A stretch of DNA of 64,000 nt from a bacterium (GCA_965205865.1 CBDBHR010000028.1:128001-192000); one strand, 5' to 3'. Positions 32,829 through 43,760 are shown, numbered from the stretch's first letter. Numbers and translations: made by a program. The notes: a model not told the origin generated them from the sequence alone.

Positions 32829-34057
32829 TGATGGAAAAGGCGAGTCCGTGAAAGGGCCATCACCATCTTGTATTGATCGGCTGCTTGCGCAATTTCTTCG
32901 TCCCGCACACTGCCTCCCGGCTGGACAATATAGCGCACCCCCCGCCTGGCCGCCTGGTCGATATTGTCCCGGAATGGGAAAAATGCGTCGGAGGCCAAAC
33001 TGACGCCTTGCAAGGTCCCCAACCAGCATTTTTTATCTTCCTCACTCAAAGGGCGGGGTAGCCGCTCAAAATTCTGCTGCCACGCTTCGAGTTCCTGAGA
33101 CGTCATTTCGCCTTCGATATAGCAAACGCGAGCGTTGGTGCGATCCACCCCTTTCACTCCTTTTTTGAAAGGCAAGGCCAACACGCGGGGGTGTTGCCGC
33201 AAAAACCAGGTTTCGGCTTTACGCCCGGCAAGCTTCGTGCAGTCGATACGACTCTGCTGACCGGCCCCTATTCCAATCATTTGTCCCTGCAAGGCATACC
33301 CCACCGAGTTGGACTGCGTGTATTTGAGCGCAATTGCGGCAAGAATCAAATCCCGTCTGGCTGCGCAGGTCAGGTTTTTATTCGCCGTCGGAATTTGTCG
33401 GAACAGTGTCTTTTCGTCCAAGACAACCGAATTGCGTTTCTGAACAAAACCCACTCCGAATACCTCACGATACTCCAGTTCAGGAGGTTCATAAGCCGGG
33501 TCAGCCTTCAGGAGAAGATAATTTCCACGCTTTTTCGCTTTCAACAGTTCGAGTGCTTCCGGTTCGTAATCCGGCGCAATCATACCATCGGATACGGAAG
33601 ATTTGACAATCAGGGCAGTGGCAAGGTCCAGGGTTCGGCTCAAAGCAATGAAATCTCCGAAAGACGACAGCGGGTCCGCACCCCGAGCCCGGATATAAGC
33701 CGCCGCCAAGGGACTCAATTCCGTCTCGGGACGTTCATAAACCTGCCGGAGCACTGCGTTCAGGGGAACCGCAACCGCCGCACCGGCTGGGCTGACATGC
33801 TTGAATGAAGCTGCAGCCGGCAACGCTAAAGCGTTATCCAGTTCCAGGACGAGTTGCCAGGCATTCATCGCGTCCAATAAATTGATGTAGCCCGGATTGC
33901 CATTTATTACTTCAAAAGGAAGAGAACTCTCGTTCAGCGTGAAGATTCCCGCGGGCTTTTGATGAGGGTTGCAACCGTATTTCAAGTCAAATTGATGGGA
34001 GAAACAACGGGTGAAGGAATCGAACATATAAATACTTTCCGCAGTTCGCGAAGACAA
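32825..34057 (-). CDS. AICAR formyltransferase (PurH C-terminal domain only)
   Basis: LKYGCNPHQ, SFKHVSPAG, KYTQSNSV, GAGQQSRIDC, SDAFFPFRD; no IMP cyclohydrolase domain. Confidence 0.9.
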   Translation of the reverse strand: MSSRTAESIYMFDSFTRCFSHQFDLKYGCNPHQKPAGIFTLNESSLPFEVINGNPGYINLLDAMNAWQLVLELDNALALPAAASFKHVSPAGAAVAVPLNAVLRQVYERPETELSPLAAAYIRARGADPLSSFGDFIALSRTLDLATALIVKSSVSDGMIAPDYEPEALELLKAKKRGNYLLLKADPAYEPPELEYREVFGVGFVQKRNSVVLDEKTLFRQIPTANKNLTCAARRDLILAAIALKYTQSNSVGYALQGQMIGIGAGQQSRIDCTKLAGRKAETWFLRQHPRVLALPFKKGVKGVDRTNARVCYIEGEMTSQELEAWQQNFERLPRPLSEEDKKCWLGTLQGVSLASDAFFPFRDNIDQAARRGVRYIVQPGGSVRDEEIAQAADQYKMVMALSRTRLFHH

Positions 34058-34306
34058 GGACTGTTTTCGTATTCCCGCGTCATCTACATTAAAAGTCGCG
34101 CTTTGTTGAATTGCATATCGGAATTTACCAATACCCTACTATGGCTCTGCAAAAAAGAAAAATTTCTTGGCCTTTTTCCTCCGGTAGATGGAATGCTTAT
34201 GAAAAGATGGATTTTTTACGATTCCTTGTAGTATGATCGCTTTCAATTACTGGTTTATGCAACTCCCGCAATTCGCTTTTCATCTCATGTTCAAATCAGA
34301 AAGATT

Positions 34307-35062
34307 ATGTCCGGACACAGCAAATGGAGTACGATCAAACACCGTAAAGGCGCGCAAGATTCGAAACGGAGTAAAATATTCAGCAAATTGATCAAAGAAG
34401 TCACCATTGCCGCCCGTTTGGGAGGAGGCGATCCCGAGGCCAGCCCCCAGCTGCGCATTGCCATCTCCAATGCAAAAGCCCAAAGTATGCCCAAGGAAAA
34501 TATTGAACGAGCCATCAAAAAGGGAGCCGGAGAACTGGACGGGGTCCATTTTGAGGAAATTATTTTTGAAGGCTATGGTCCACACAACGTCGCCTTGATT
34601 GTTGAATCCATGACTGATAACCGCAATCGCACGGTGGCCTTCGTCCGCAACACCTTCAGCAAACTTGGAGGAAACCTGGGTTCGAGCAATTCGGTGCAGT
34701 ATATGTTCGATCATGTTGGTCAGATTTATATTGATAAATCCGTCATCGAGGAAGAACAACTGATGGAAGTGCTCCTGGAGGTTGGGGCTGAAGACATGAA
34801 TGCCGGTCATCCTGAACAATATGAGGTGATCACCACCATTCCCGATTTTTCCCGGGTACGCAATGCATTGGAAGACCGCCACTTAACGATGGCAGAAGCC
34901 AACATCGCCTGGATTCCTCAAAATCGGATTGAAATCGACGACTTGAAAAAAGCAGAACAGGTGATGCGCTTGTTTGACCAGTTGGAAGACAATGATGACG
35001 TGCAGAAAATATATTCCAACTTCGATATCAGCGACCGCATTCTGGCGGAAATGTCTCAATGA
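34307..35062 (+). CDS. yebC: YebC/PmpR family protein
   Basis: MSGHSKWSTIKHRKG, EGYGP, TDNRNRT, DDVQKIYSN. Confidence 0.95.
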   Translation: MSGHSKWSTIKHRKGAQDSKRSKIFSKLIKEVTIAARLGGGDPEASPQLRIAISNAKAQSMPKENIERAIKKGAGELDGVHFEEIIFEGYGPHNVALIVESMTDNRNRTVAFVRNTFSKLGGNLGSSNSVQYMFDHVGQIYIDKSVIEEEQLMEVLLEVGAEDMNAGHPEQYEVITTIPDFSRVRNALEDRHLTMAEANIAWIPQNRIEIDDLKKAEQVMRLFDQLEDNDDVQKIYSNFDISDRILAEMSQ

Positions 35063-35126
35063 TGGCCTTCAATTTGAAATTGCCGCATGAGCAAAGCGCC
35101 TGCGAATCCACTGCTGATTGGCTGTC

Positions 35127-35624
35127 ATGATCATTATCGGCATTGACCCCGGAAGCCGGATAACCGGCTATGGCATTATTGAAAACCTCGACAACCACAA
35201 CCGTTATTTGGGCAGCGGCGTCATCGACCTGCGAGAAACCACTCCTTTGGCGGAGCGCTTATTGATTCTCGACGAAAAACTGCATGCGATTCTGGAAAAA
35301 TTCCAACCGGATAATGGATCGCTCGAAGCCATCTTTTTTGCCAAAAACGTCAAATCCGCATTGATCCTCGGACATGCCCGCGGGGTGGCTTTACTCCAAT
35401 TGGCACGCCATCATCTCCCAATTTATGAATACACCCCTTTACAAGTCAAACAAACTCTCGTTGGTTTCGGACGCGCTTCGAAAGAGCAAGTCCAACACAT
35501 GGTTCGCATATTGCTCAATCGTCCCCAAACTCCGATGGGAGACGATGAATCGGATGCTTTGGCCATCGCCATCACGCACGCTCACTTTCTTCCTCATCTG
35601 AAACGGAATGATCGCTTTTCTTGA
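35127..35624 (+). CDS. ruvC: Holliday junction resolvase RuvC
   Basis: IGIDPG, GHARG, DESDALAIA. Confidence 0.95.
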   Translation: MIIIGIDPGSRITGYGIIENLDNHNRYLGSGVIDLRETTPLAERLLILDEKLHAILEKFQPDNGSLEAIFFAKNVKSALILGHARGVALLQLARHHLPIYEYTPLQVKQTLVGFGRASKEQVQHMVRILLNRPQTPMGDDESDALAIAITHAHFLPHLKRNDRFS

Positions 35625-36219
35625 AGGAACCATTCGCGCTATTGAAGCGGACTATTTGGTGCTGCAAACTTCTGCCGGAGTGGGCTACCAGTTGTTCCTG
35701 CCTCAGATTCTGCTTTCGCAAGCGCTGAAAAACGAAAACTGTCAATACCACGTGCATACTTATGTGCGCGAAGGCGAGATCACCCTCTATGGCTTCGCCT
35801 CTCATGAAGAAAGAAAACTGTTCGAGATGCTTATCAAAACAACGGGAGTCGGGCCCAAGCTGGCCATCGTCATCCTTTCCTCATTACGCCCGCCCCAATT
35901 GATTCAGGCGGTCTACGGTCAAAATATCGCCCAATTCAATGCGATTCCGGGAATTGGAAAAAAAACGGCTTCCAAATTATGCCTGGACATGAGCGATCAA
36001 CTGCAGAAACATCCGATTGAAAGTATTGAATGGAGCCCTTCTCGTACCAAGACCCCTGCTGCCGAATCGTCTCCGCGTAATGCGCTCCTCTCCGCATTGA
36101 AAAATATGGGATTTTCGGAAAAAGACGTGCTGTCTGTTCTGGGAAAAGTGGAGGCTGAAGAAGAATCTTTTGAAGCCCAGTTCAAGAAAGCGCTCAGCCT
36201 GCTCACCTCATTTCAATAA
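35608..36219 (+). CDS. ruvA: Holliday junction branch migration protein RuvA
   Basis: GVGY, VRE..LYGF, GVGPKLA, PGIGKKTA HhH motifs. Confidence 0.95.
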   Translation: MIAFLEGTIRAIEADYLVLQTSAGVGYQLFLPQILLSQALKNENCQYHVHTYVREGEITLYGFASHEERKLFEMLIKTTGVGPKLAIVILSSLRPPQLIQAVYGQNIAQFNAIPGIGKKTASKLCLDMSDQLQKHPIESIEWSPSRTKTPAAESSPRNALLSALKNMGFSEKDVLSVLGKVEAEEESFEAQFKKALSLLTSFQ

Positions 36220-36564
36220 TTTCAGAACCTGTTTGAAAATCATTTCTCCGGTTCTTTCCATTCATCAAGAAGAGATACTTCACCTGCGCTTTGTTCCTTC
36301 TCCGACAAATGTGATATTTTTTTCGAAAGTTTTAGATACGGCATTGATCTTGCGGTAGAAATTTATTTTTACAGGATGATCGGCGTATTCTTGCTGTTGG
36401 AATCACTGCAGGAGCATTCAGACAGCAATGGGCCCCGTTCGTCTTGCGGAGCGGTGGATTCCACGACTTTCATCGTTGAGTTTCTTGACACAAGCATTGG
36501 AGCAGTGTAATCTTCCCGAAGTCCGGAACTCTCGATGGTCACTAACCCAATAGAGCGAAATTGC

Positions 36565-39096
36565 ATGAGTGAAGCTGCGGCGCGAATCAAGATCAACAAG
36601 TTGCTCGAAGCGGCCGGGTGGCGTTTCTTTCCCGCAGGGGGACAGCCTGCCAATATCCGTCTTGAATCGAGTGTCACCATCCAAACTTCCGATCTCGAGG
36701 CCCTGGGCAACGATTTCGAGCAAATCTCCAGGGGATTTATCGACTTTCTCCTGCTCGACGCCAGGGGATTCCCCTTCATCGTTCTGGAGGCCAAAGCGGA
36801 GAAGAAAGACCCGTTGCTCGGCAAGGAGCAGGCGCGCAGGTACGCCCGTTCGCTGAATTGTCGTTTCGTCCTTCTTTCCAATGGCAACCTGCACTATTTC
36901 TGGGATCTCGAACGTGGCAATCCCTATCTCATCACCTCGTTTCCCACGCCCGATTCGGCTGCCGGCTATCAAAAAGTCACGCCCATCCCGCAACGCCTGC
37001 TCGACGAACAGGTGCGGGAGGACTATATCGTGCTCACCCAACGGCCCTCCTATGCTCGCGAGGCGGCCTGGATGAATGCGGACGAACGTCCCGGCTTCAT
37101 CCGGAGCAACAAGTTACGCTTTCTGCGTCCTTATCAACTGAAAGCCATCCACGCCTTGCAGCGGGCGGTCGGGGAGGGGAATGACCGCTTTCTTTTCGAG
37201 ATGGCCACCGGCACCGGTAAAACGCTCACCGCGGCGGCTGTCGTCAAGCTCTTTCTCCGTTCCGGCAATGCCCATCGCGCGCTCTTCCTGGTAGACCGCC
37301 TGGAACTGGAGGAGCAGGCCTATAAGGTATTCAATGACCTGCTCCGCGACGACTTCGGGACAGTCATCTACAAAGAGAAACGCGACGATTGGCGGCAGGC
37401 CGGGATCGTTGTCAGTACCGTGCAATCCCTGCTCTTCAACAACAAGTACCAACAATTGTTTTCGCCCACGGACTTCGCTCTCGTCATCTCCGACGAGGCC
37501 CATCGTTCAATCAGTGGCAATGCGCGTGCCGTCTTCGACTATTTCGTGGGCTACAAGCTGGGACTGACCGCCACGCCCCGCGACTACCTGAAGGGCGCCC
37601 ATACCGGCTCCCGACCCGACGCTCCCCGCGAGATCGAACGTCGCCTGCTGGTGGACACATACCGCACCTTCGGCTGCGAAAGTGCGCAACCCACTTTCCG
37701 CTATTCACTGCTCGATGGCGTAAAAGACGGCTATTTGATCAACCCGACCGTGGTGGATGCGCGCACGGAAGTGACCACCGCCCTCCTCTCCGCAAAGGGC
37801 TTCGTCGCGTCGTTCAGCGACGACACCGGTGAGCAGCGGGAAGAAACCTACAGGCAACGGCAGTTCGAGAAGCACTTCTTCTCCGATACGACCAATCGCC
37901 TTTTTTGCCGCACCTTCCTGCAACACGCCCTGCGAGACCCGGTCAGCGGTGAGACCGGCAAGTCCATCGTCTTCGCCGTCAGCCAGAACCACGCGGCCAG
38001 GCTGACGCAAATTCTTAATCAGATCGCTGATGCCACCTTCCCCGGCAGGTACCAGTCCGACTTTGCCGTCCAGGTTACCTCCCAGGTAGAGCAAGCCCAG
38101 CAGTTCACCATCAACTTCGCCAACAACAACCTGCTCGGTTCAGGCAATTTTCTGGCGGAATACCGCACCAGCAAGGCCCGCGTCTGCGTGACGGTGGGCA
38201 TGATGACCACCGGTTACGACTGCACCGACGTCCTCAATCTCGGCTTGTTCCGCCCCATTTTCTCTCCCACCGATTTCGTCCAGATCAAGGGACGTGGTAC
38301 CCGCAAGCATGACTTCACGGAACAGCTTTCCGACGAGCAACTCGAGGACGGTTCCGGAGAATCGCAGAAAAAGACCTTCAAGCTCTTTGACTTCTTCGCC
38401 AATTGTGAATATTTCGAGACCGAGTTCAACTACGACGAGGTCTTGAAACTGCCCCGACCCCCGACGTTCGGGGATGGAGTTGAAGGCGAAGACTCGACGC
38501 CGTCCGGCGGATACGACTTCGAATACCTGGAGAATGACCTCCTCTCACATATCAGTGAAGAGAGAATCGGAAAGGAGGGCATGAAAATCGACCGCATGTT
38601 CTTCGACAAATTCGCCGGTACCGTGCGTGGCAACGAGACGCTCGTCACTGCCGTTGAAGCCGGGCAGTGGGACCTCGTCATCGACTACGTCAACCGTGAA
38701 GTGTTCGACAAACCCGAGGAGTACTTCACCCTCGGCAAGTTACGCAAAGCAGCCGCCGTGGACCGTCGCCTGACCCTGCGTGAGATCCTGGAAAAGGTCT
38801 TCGACCTCATCCCGCGTTTCAAGTCCGGGGACGAACTGCTGGAAGAGGAATTCAACAAATTCGTCGCCGATCAAAAGCTGGCGCAGGCCTCCTCAGTCCC
38901 CGCCATCAAAACCTATTTCAAAGCGTATCTGACGAGCAACCAGGTCCGCCACGTCGTCGATGCCGGGAATTTCACCGAGTTGGCCACCAACACCGTCCTT
39001 TCCCTCAGGGACTTTCATGCCGTTCCGCAGCATTACCAGACCCTGGTGCCCGAGTATATCAAGGATTACGTCTCCCTGAACCAATTCGCCGCCTAG
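36565..39096 (+). CDS. hsdR: Type I restriction enzyme R subunit (EcoAI/EcoEI-like)
   Basis: D..LEAK and Q...Y nuclease motifs, MATGTGKT, DEAH, GLTATP, TGYD, QIKGRGTR. Confidence 0.9.
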   Translation: MSEAAARIKINKLLEAAGWRFFPAGGQPANIRLESSVTIQTSDLEALGNDFEQISRGFIDFLLLDARGFPFIVLEAKAEKKDPLLGKEQARRYARSLNCRFVLLSNGNLHYFWDLERGNPYLITSFPTPDSAAGYQKVTPIPQRLLDEQVREDYIVLTQRPSYAREAAWMNADERPGFIRSNKLRFLRPYQLKAIHALQRAVGEGNDRFLFEMATGTGKTLTAAAVVKLFLRSGNAHRALFLVDRLELEEQAYKVFNDLLRDDFGTVIYKEKRDDWRQAGIVVSTVQSLLFNNKYQQLFSPTDFALVISDEAHRSISGNARAVFDYFVGYKLGLTATPRDYLKGAHTGSRPDAPREIERRLLVDTYRTFGCESAQPTFRYSLLDGVKDGYLINPTVVDARTEVTTALLSAKGFVASFSDDTGEQREETYRQRQFEKHFFSDTTNRLFCRTFLQHALRDPVSGETGKSIVFAVSQNHAARLTQILNQIADATFPGRYQSDFAVQVTSQVEQAQQFTINFANNNLLGSGNFLAEYRTSKARVCVTVGMMTTGYDCTDVLNLGLFRPIFSPTDFVQIKGRGTRKHDFTEQLSDEQLEDGSGESQKKTFKLFDFFANCEYFETEFNYDEVLKLPRPPTFGDGVEGEDSTPSGGYDFEYLENDLLSHISEERIGKEGMKIDRMFFDKFAGTVRGNETLVTAVEAGQWDLVIDYVNREVFDKPEEYFTLGKLRKAAAVDRRLTLREILEKVFDLIPRFKSGDELLEEEFNKFVADQKLAQASSVPAIKTYFKAYLTSNQVRHVVDAGNFTELATNTVLSLRDFHAVPQHYQTLVPEYIKDYVSLNQFAA

Positions 39097-39105
39097 AGGA
39101 AAGCC

Positions 39106-41468
39106 ATGCTGGATGCCGACACCAAACGCCGCATCGACAACGCTCGTGACGTCCTGGTGGGCAAAGTGCCCGACCCCAAGAGCCAGGTCGAGCAGATCAC
39201 CATCGCCCTCATCTATAAATTCATGGATGACATCGATGCCCAGAGTGAGGAGTGGGGCGGTAAGCGAAAGTTCTTTGCCGGCGACTTCGCCCGCTACGGC
39301 TGGGCCAGGCTGCTCCACCACGGGCTGGGTGGACACGAAATCCTCAATCTCTATTCCGAGGCCATCGACAGGATGCCGCAGAATCCGGGCATCCCCCAGC
39401 TCTTCCGCGACATCTTCGAAAATGCCTACCTGCCCTATCGCGACCCCCAGACACTGAGGACCTTCCTCGAGATCATCGACGAGTTCAGTTACGACCACTC
39501 GGAACGTCTGGGAGACGCTTTCGAGTACCTGCTCTCCGTCCTCGGTTCCCAGGGCGACGCGGGCCAGTTCCGCACCCCACGCCATATCATCGACTTCATC
39601 GTCGCCGTCATCGATCCCAAGAAGGACGAAACGCTGCTCGACCCGGCTTGCGGCACCGCCGGATTCCTCGTCTCCTCCTACAAGCACGTTCTTGCCAACA
39701 ACGCCGATGACCATGGAAACAGTACGCTCACGCCCGACGAAAAAGCAAGACTGGCAGCCAACGTTAAAGGCTACGACATCTCGCCCGACATGGTGCGTCT
39801 CTCGCTGGTCAACATGTACCTGCACGACTTTGTCGACCCGCACATCTTCGAATACGACACCCTCACCAGCGAGGAGCGCTGGCACGAATACGCGGACGTC
39901 ATCCTGGCCAATCCCCCTTCATGTCACCCAAGGGAGGCATCCGCCCCCACAACCGCTTTTCGGTGAAATCCAAACGCAGCGAAGTGCTGTTCGTGGACTA
40001 TATGGCCGAGCACCTGACGCCTTCCGGTCGCGCCGGTATCATCGTGCCGGAGGGCATCATCTTTCAAAGCCAGAGCGCCTACAAGCAACTTCGCAAGACG
40101 CTGGTCGAGGAATATCTCGTCGCCGTCGTTTCCTTACCGGCAGGCGTCTTCCAGCCCTACTCCGGAGTGAAGACCTCCATCCTCATTCTGGACCGGTCGC
40201 TGGCGAAAAAGACGAACCACGTCGGCTTCTTCAAAGTGGAAAACGACGGCTTCGACCTGGGCGCTCAACGCCGATCGATCAAGCATAATGACTTGCCACA
40301 AGCCCGCCAGGAAATCACCGCATACCTGCGCCGTCTGGGAATGGGTGAATCCCTGGACGAATTCCAACCCGCGCTGGGACTGATCGTGGAAAAAGAAAAG
40401 ATTGCCGCAAGTGGGGATTACAATCTGAGCGGGGAACGGTATCGGGAGAATACACGTGAACCCACACCATACACTTGGGCGAAGATTGGTCATTTGATTA
40501 AAACCGTCACTGCACCAGTCAAAATACAAAAGACCGCATTCGCAGAAGTCGGACGGTTTCCTATCATTGATCAATCACAAAAAGAAATTGCAGGATGGAC
40601 TAATGACGAATCTGCAGTGATACAACCAATCAAACCATTCGTGATATTCGGCGATCACACATGTACAGTAAAACTAATTGAATCTTCTTTTGCTCAGGGG
40701 GCTGATGGGATAAAAATTCTAAGTACAGTGGAGACTCTTGATCCTCGATTTTTATATTACATTCTACGTGTTAAACCATTGGAAAATAAAGGTTATCAAC
40801 GTCATTTCTCCAGATTGAAAGATTACGAAATCCCCCTACCCCCACTTCAGGTGCAACAGGAAATCGTCGCAGAAATCGAAGGCTACCAGAAAGTCATCGA
40901 CGGGGCCAGAACCGTCGTCGACCACTACCGCCCCCACATCCCCATCGCCCCCGACTGGCCTATGGTGGCATTGGGAGACGTAATATCCTTGGAATATGGT
41001 AAACCACTCAAATCTGAAAATCGAATTGAGGGACCATTCGCAGTATTCGGCTCAAATGGAGTTATTGGCTATCACGATCAATATTTAGTCGGAGAGCCAA
41101 CAATTATCGTTGGAAGAAAAGGTTCTGCAGGTGCAGTCAACTATTGTGATTTACCATGCTATCCAATCGATACCACCTTCTTTGTTCAAATCAGAGACAG
41201 GAAGCGGCTCGACATTCGTTTTTGTTACTATCAACTCCTCGCTCTTGAACTGGAAAAAGTAAATGTCCAAGCAGGTGTCCCTGGTCTAAACCGTAACGAT
41301 GCTTATCGTAAGCCTTTGGCACTCCCTCCTCTGGAAATCCAGCAAGCCATCGTTGTGGAAATTGAAGCTGAGCAAGCCACTGTCGCTAACTGCCGGGATT
41401 TGATAGAACGATTTGAAGGGAAAATTCGGAAGACCATTGGACGGGTGTGGGGTGACGATTCATTCTGA
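39106..41468 (+). pseudogene. Fused HsdM-HsdS (N6-adenine MTase plus two TRDs), -1 frameshift at 39913-39917
   Basis: GQFRTP, DPACGTAGFL, then AAT CCC CC TTC ATG (NPPF broken); second ORF continues the MTase and ends in two HsdS repeats (IPLPPL..Q..IV). Confidence 0.85.
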
Positions 41469-41521
41469 GCCAAGTATATCCAAACAATAATCAAAACTGC
41501 CAAATACGAAAGGAAGTAAAA

Positions 41522-42643
41522 TTGTACACCGGAACCTTAAATACACCGTTTACTTACAAAAATTGGAAAGCCAAAATAGAAGAAAAGCCTTTGCTCAGCA
41601 CCCTGGAGTATCCGTTATTCACAGATGCTCATATAACGGGAGAAATTACAGAAGGTTATGGACCTTATCAATTCATCAATCTTGTCCCGGTGAGGAACCA
41701 ATGTGGTCTCGTGCAAGCAACTCTTATGCTTCGTTTTAACTGGCACACAGAGATGGTAATTTTCTCAGCAAATGAGAAAAGCACCCACACAAAAACTTTC
41801 CACGGTGGCTGGCCAGTCGATGAAATCACTGCTCTTTCATCACTGGCATTAGGAGTACGATTGAAGGCCGGAGACATGAGCCGAGAATTTACCCCATGGG
41901 ATAAACCTTATGGAAGACCCAGGGCCCCTGCTTTTCGACTCGACCCCGTTCTACTCAGAGGTGACAGACTCGTATTGCCCACTATTTGCGGTACTCATTC
42001 ACTACAGAATCTTGAGCCCTTGACAATCCTTCCCAAGATTACATCGCAAGATGCAATTGCGCTCATACGCGCTGCGCGTCTCTATCAAGACGCCCTTTGG
42101 GTCGCTGAATCCGAACCCTCGCTCGCTTGGGTCATGCTAGTCTCTGCAGTTGAGACCGCTGCCAACCATTGGCGTAAAACGGAAGAAACTCATCTTGAAA
42201 GATTAAAAATCTCAAAGCCAGAGTTAGTTCAGATTTTGGAAGACACTGGTATTGAAGATCTTCCAGAAAGAGTAGCGGACTGTCTTAAAGACACTGTCGG
42301 ATCTACTAAAAAATTCATTGATTTCATCATAAAATTTCTTCCCGAACCGCCTCCCCGGCGTCCAAAGCATCATCAACATCTATGGGAATGTAAAGCACTG
42401 AAGAAAACAATGAATATTATCTATCGCTACAGATCAAAAGCATTGCACGATGGACGTCCCTTTCCTGAACCGATGTGTAGAGCACCCCATAGACAAATCC
42501 CAGAAGAAAGACCAATTGGACTTGCTTCACAGACCCAAGGATCAATTTGGATGGCAAAGGACATTCCTATGATGCTCCATACTTTCGAGTACATAGTTCG
42601 AAAGTCATTGCTAAAATGGTGGGAATCTATGACTTCTGAATAG
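41522..42643 (+). CDS. Putative HEPN-domain protein (ApeA-like clan)
   Basis: AWVMLVSAVE helix and YRYRSKALHDG (RxxxxH) motif. Confidence 0.65.
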   Translation: MYTGTLNTPFTYKNWKAKIEEKPLLSTLEYPLFTDAHITGEITEGYGPYQFINLVPVRNQCGLVQATLMLRFNWHTEMVIFSANEKSTHTKTFHGGWPVDEITALSSLALGVRLKAGDMSREFTPWDKPYGRPRAPAFRLDPVLLRGDRLVLPTICGTHSLQNLEPLTILPKITSQDAIALIRAARLYQDALWVAESEPSLAWVMLVSAVETAANHWRKTEETHLERLKISKPELVQILEDTGIEDLPERVADCLKDTVGSTKKFIDFIIKFLPEPPPRRPKHHQHLWECKALKKTMNIIYRYRSKALHDGRPFPEPMCRAPHRQIPEERPIGLASQTQGSIWMAKDIPMMLHTFEYIVRKSLLKWWESMTSE

Positions 42644-42764
42644 TACCCCAATCAACTTCAATTAGGGTTGGTGTGGGGTGAGGGTTGAAGCCAAGACGAG
42701 GGTTCCATAGCATATTTATTGACAATTTGACTGCATACGGACGTCGAATGCAATACTCATCAAA

Positions 42765-43760
42765 ATGGAGAATGTCATGAAAAATTTCAAAACTACGATA
42801 AAATTTGATGGTCCTGCTTTAAAAGACAGGGCAATGGATGTTGGACATCTTGCTCCATCTCTTCTTGCGCTTAGTGAATTGGTTAAAGCGACAAATTTTC
42901 AGATTAACGGGGAACGAGCTAAGATAAAGATTTTAGTAAATGCGGATTTAGAACAAAAATGTTTTGAATTGAATCTTGAAATAGTACAGACAATTTGGGA
43001 ACAAGCTAAGACGTTATTAGCAGATGAAGATATTAAGAGTGCAAAGGAACTTTTAGGTTGGATTGGGATATCTAGTATTCCGGCAGTTGGATATTCTCTT
43101 TATCGATTAATTGAGAAATTACGTGGTAAAGAAATTGAATCAGTTACAGTTATTAAAATTTTAGAAGAAGGGAACTTACTAGAAATTAAAGTTCGGGGTG
43201 AAGTTGATCCATTACAAGTTACTGAAACTGTATATAAACTGTATAATGATCGTAATATAAGACAGAAGGCATTGGATTTTTTAGGTCCACTCAGAGAAGA
43301 AGGATATGATTCATTAAAGGTTTATCAGGATGAAGAAGTTTTTACAGAATTTTTAAAGGACGATATACCGGTAGCAGATGGTTCTGATTTACCAGAAATC
43401 GTAGTACAGAATCAAAAGATATCTATGATTACAGCCGATGTCAGAATTCGAAAGGCTGCTTATGAAGGTAAATCACGTTGGACGTTGGTATATAAACATG
43501 CAATGGAAGTTCCAATTGATGACGAGAAATGGTTAGAGAAATTTCAGAATGGTATAGAAAATGCGCCTCCAGGTAGTTCACTCCGAGTTGATCTTGAAGA
43601 AACTTATATTACAAATGAAGATGATGAAATCATATCTGATCCTCTGTATAGAGTGAAGAAAATTCATAAAGTACTGTTACCGAGTACTCAGTTGAAGATG
43701 AATTTTAAAGATATGAGTAGGAAATCCAAAGATGAAGATTCGGTTGAACAGGAAAAGTGA
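42765..43760 (+). CDS. Hypothetical protein (AT-rich, defence-island associated)
   Basis: 331-aa uninterrupted ORF; no motif recognised with certainty. Confidence 0.7.
   Translation: MENVMKNFKTTIKFDGPALKDRAMDVGHLAPSLLALSELVKATNFQINGERAKIKILVNADLEQKCFELNLEIVQTIWEQAKTLLADEDIKSAKELLGWIGISSIPAVGYSLYRLIEKLRGKEIESVTVIKILEEGNLLEIKVRGEVDPLQVTETVYKLYNDRNIRQKALDFLGPLREEGYDSLKVYQDEEVFTEFLKDDIPVADGSDLPEIVVQNQKISMITADVRIRKAAYEGKSRWTLVYKHAMEVPIDDEKWLEKFQNGIENAPPGSSLRVDLEETYITNEDDEIISDPLYRVKKIHKVLLPSTQLKMNFKDMSRKSKDEDSVEQEK

Noticed and set aside
32825-34057. PurH lacking the cyclohydrolase domain as a pseudogene or novelty
   Set aside because: Stand-alone AICAR formyltransferases of this size are a known family and the frame is intact
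38893-39885. 330-aa minus-strand ORF and similar long antisense ORFs (430..1275, 26729..27424, 36418..37041, 59784..60587)
   Set aside because: Shadows of well-supported genes on the opposite strand, with no motifs
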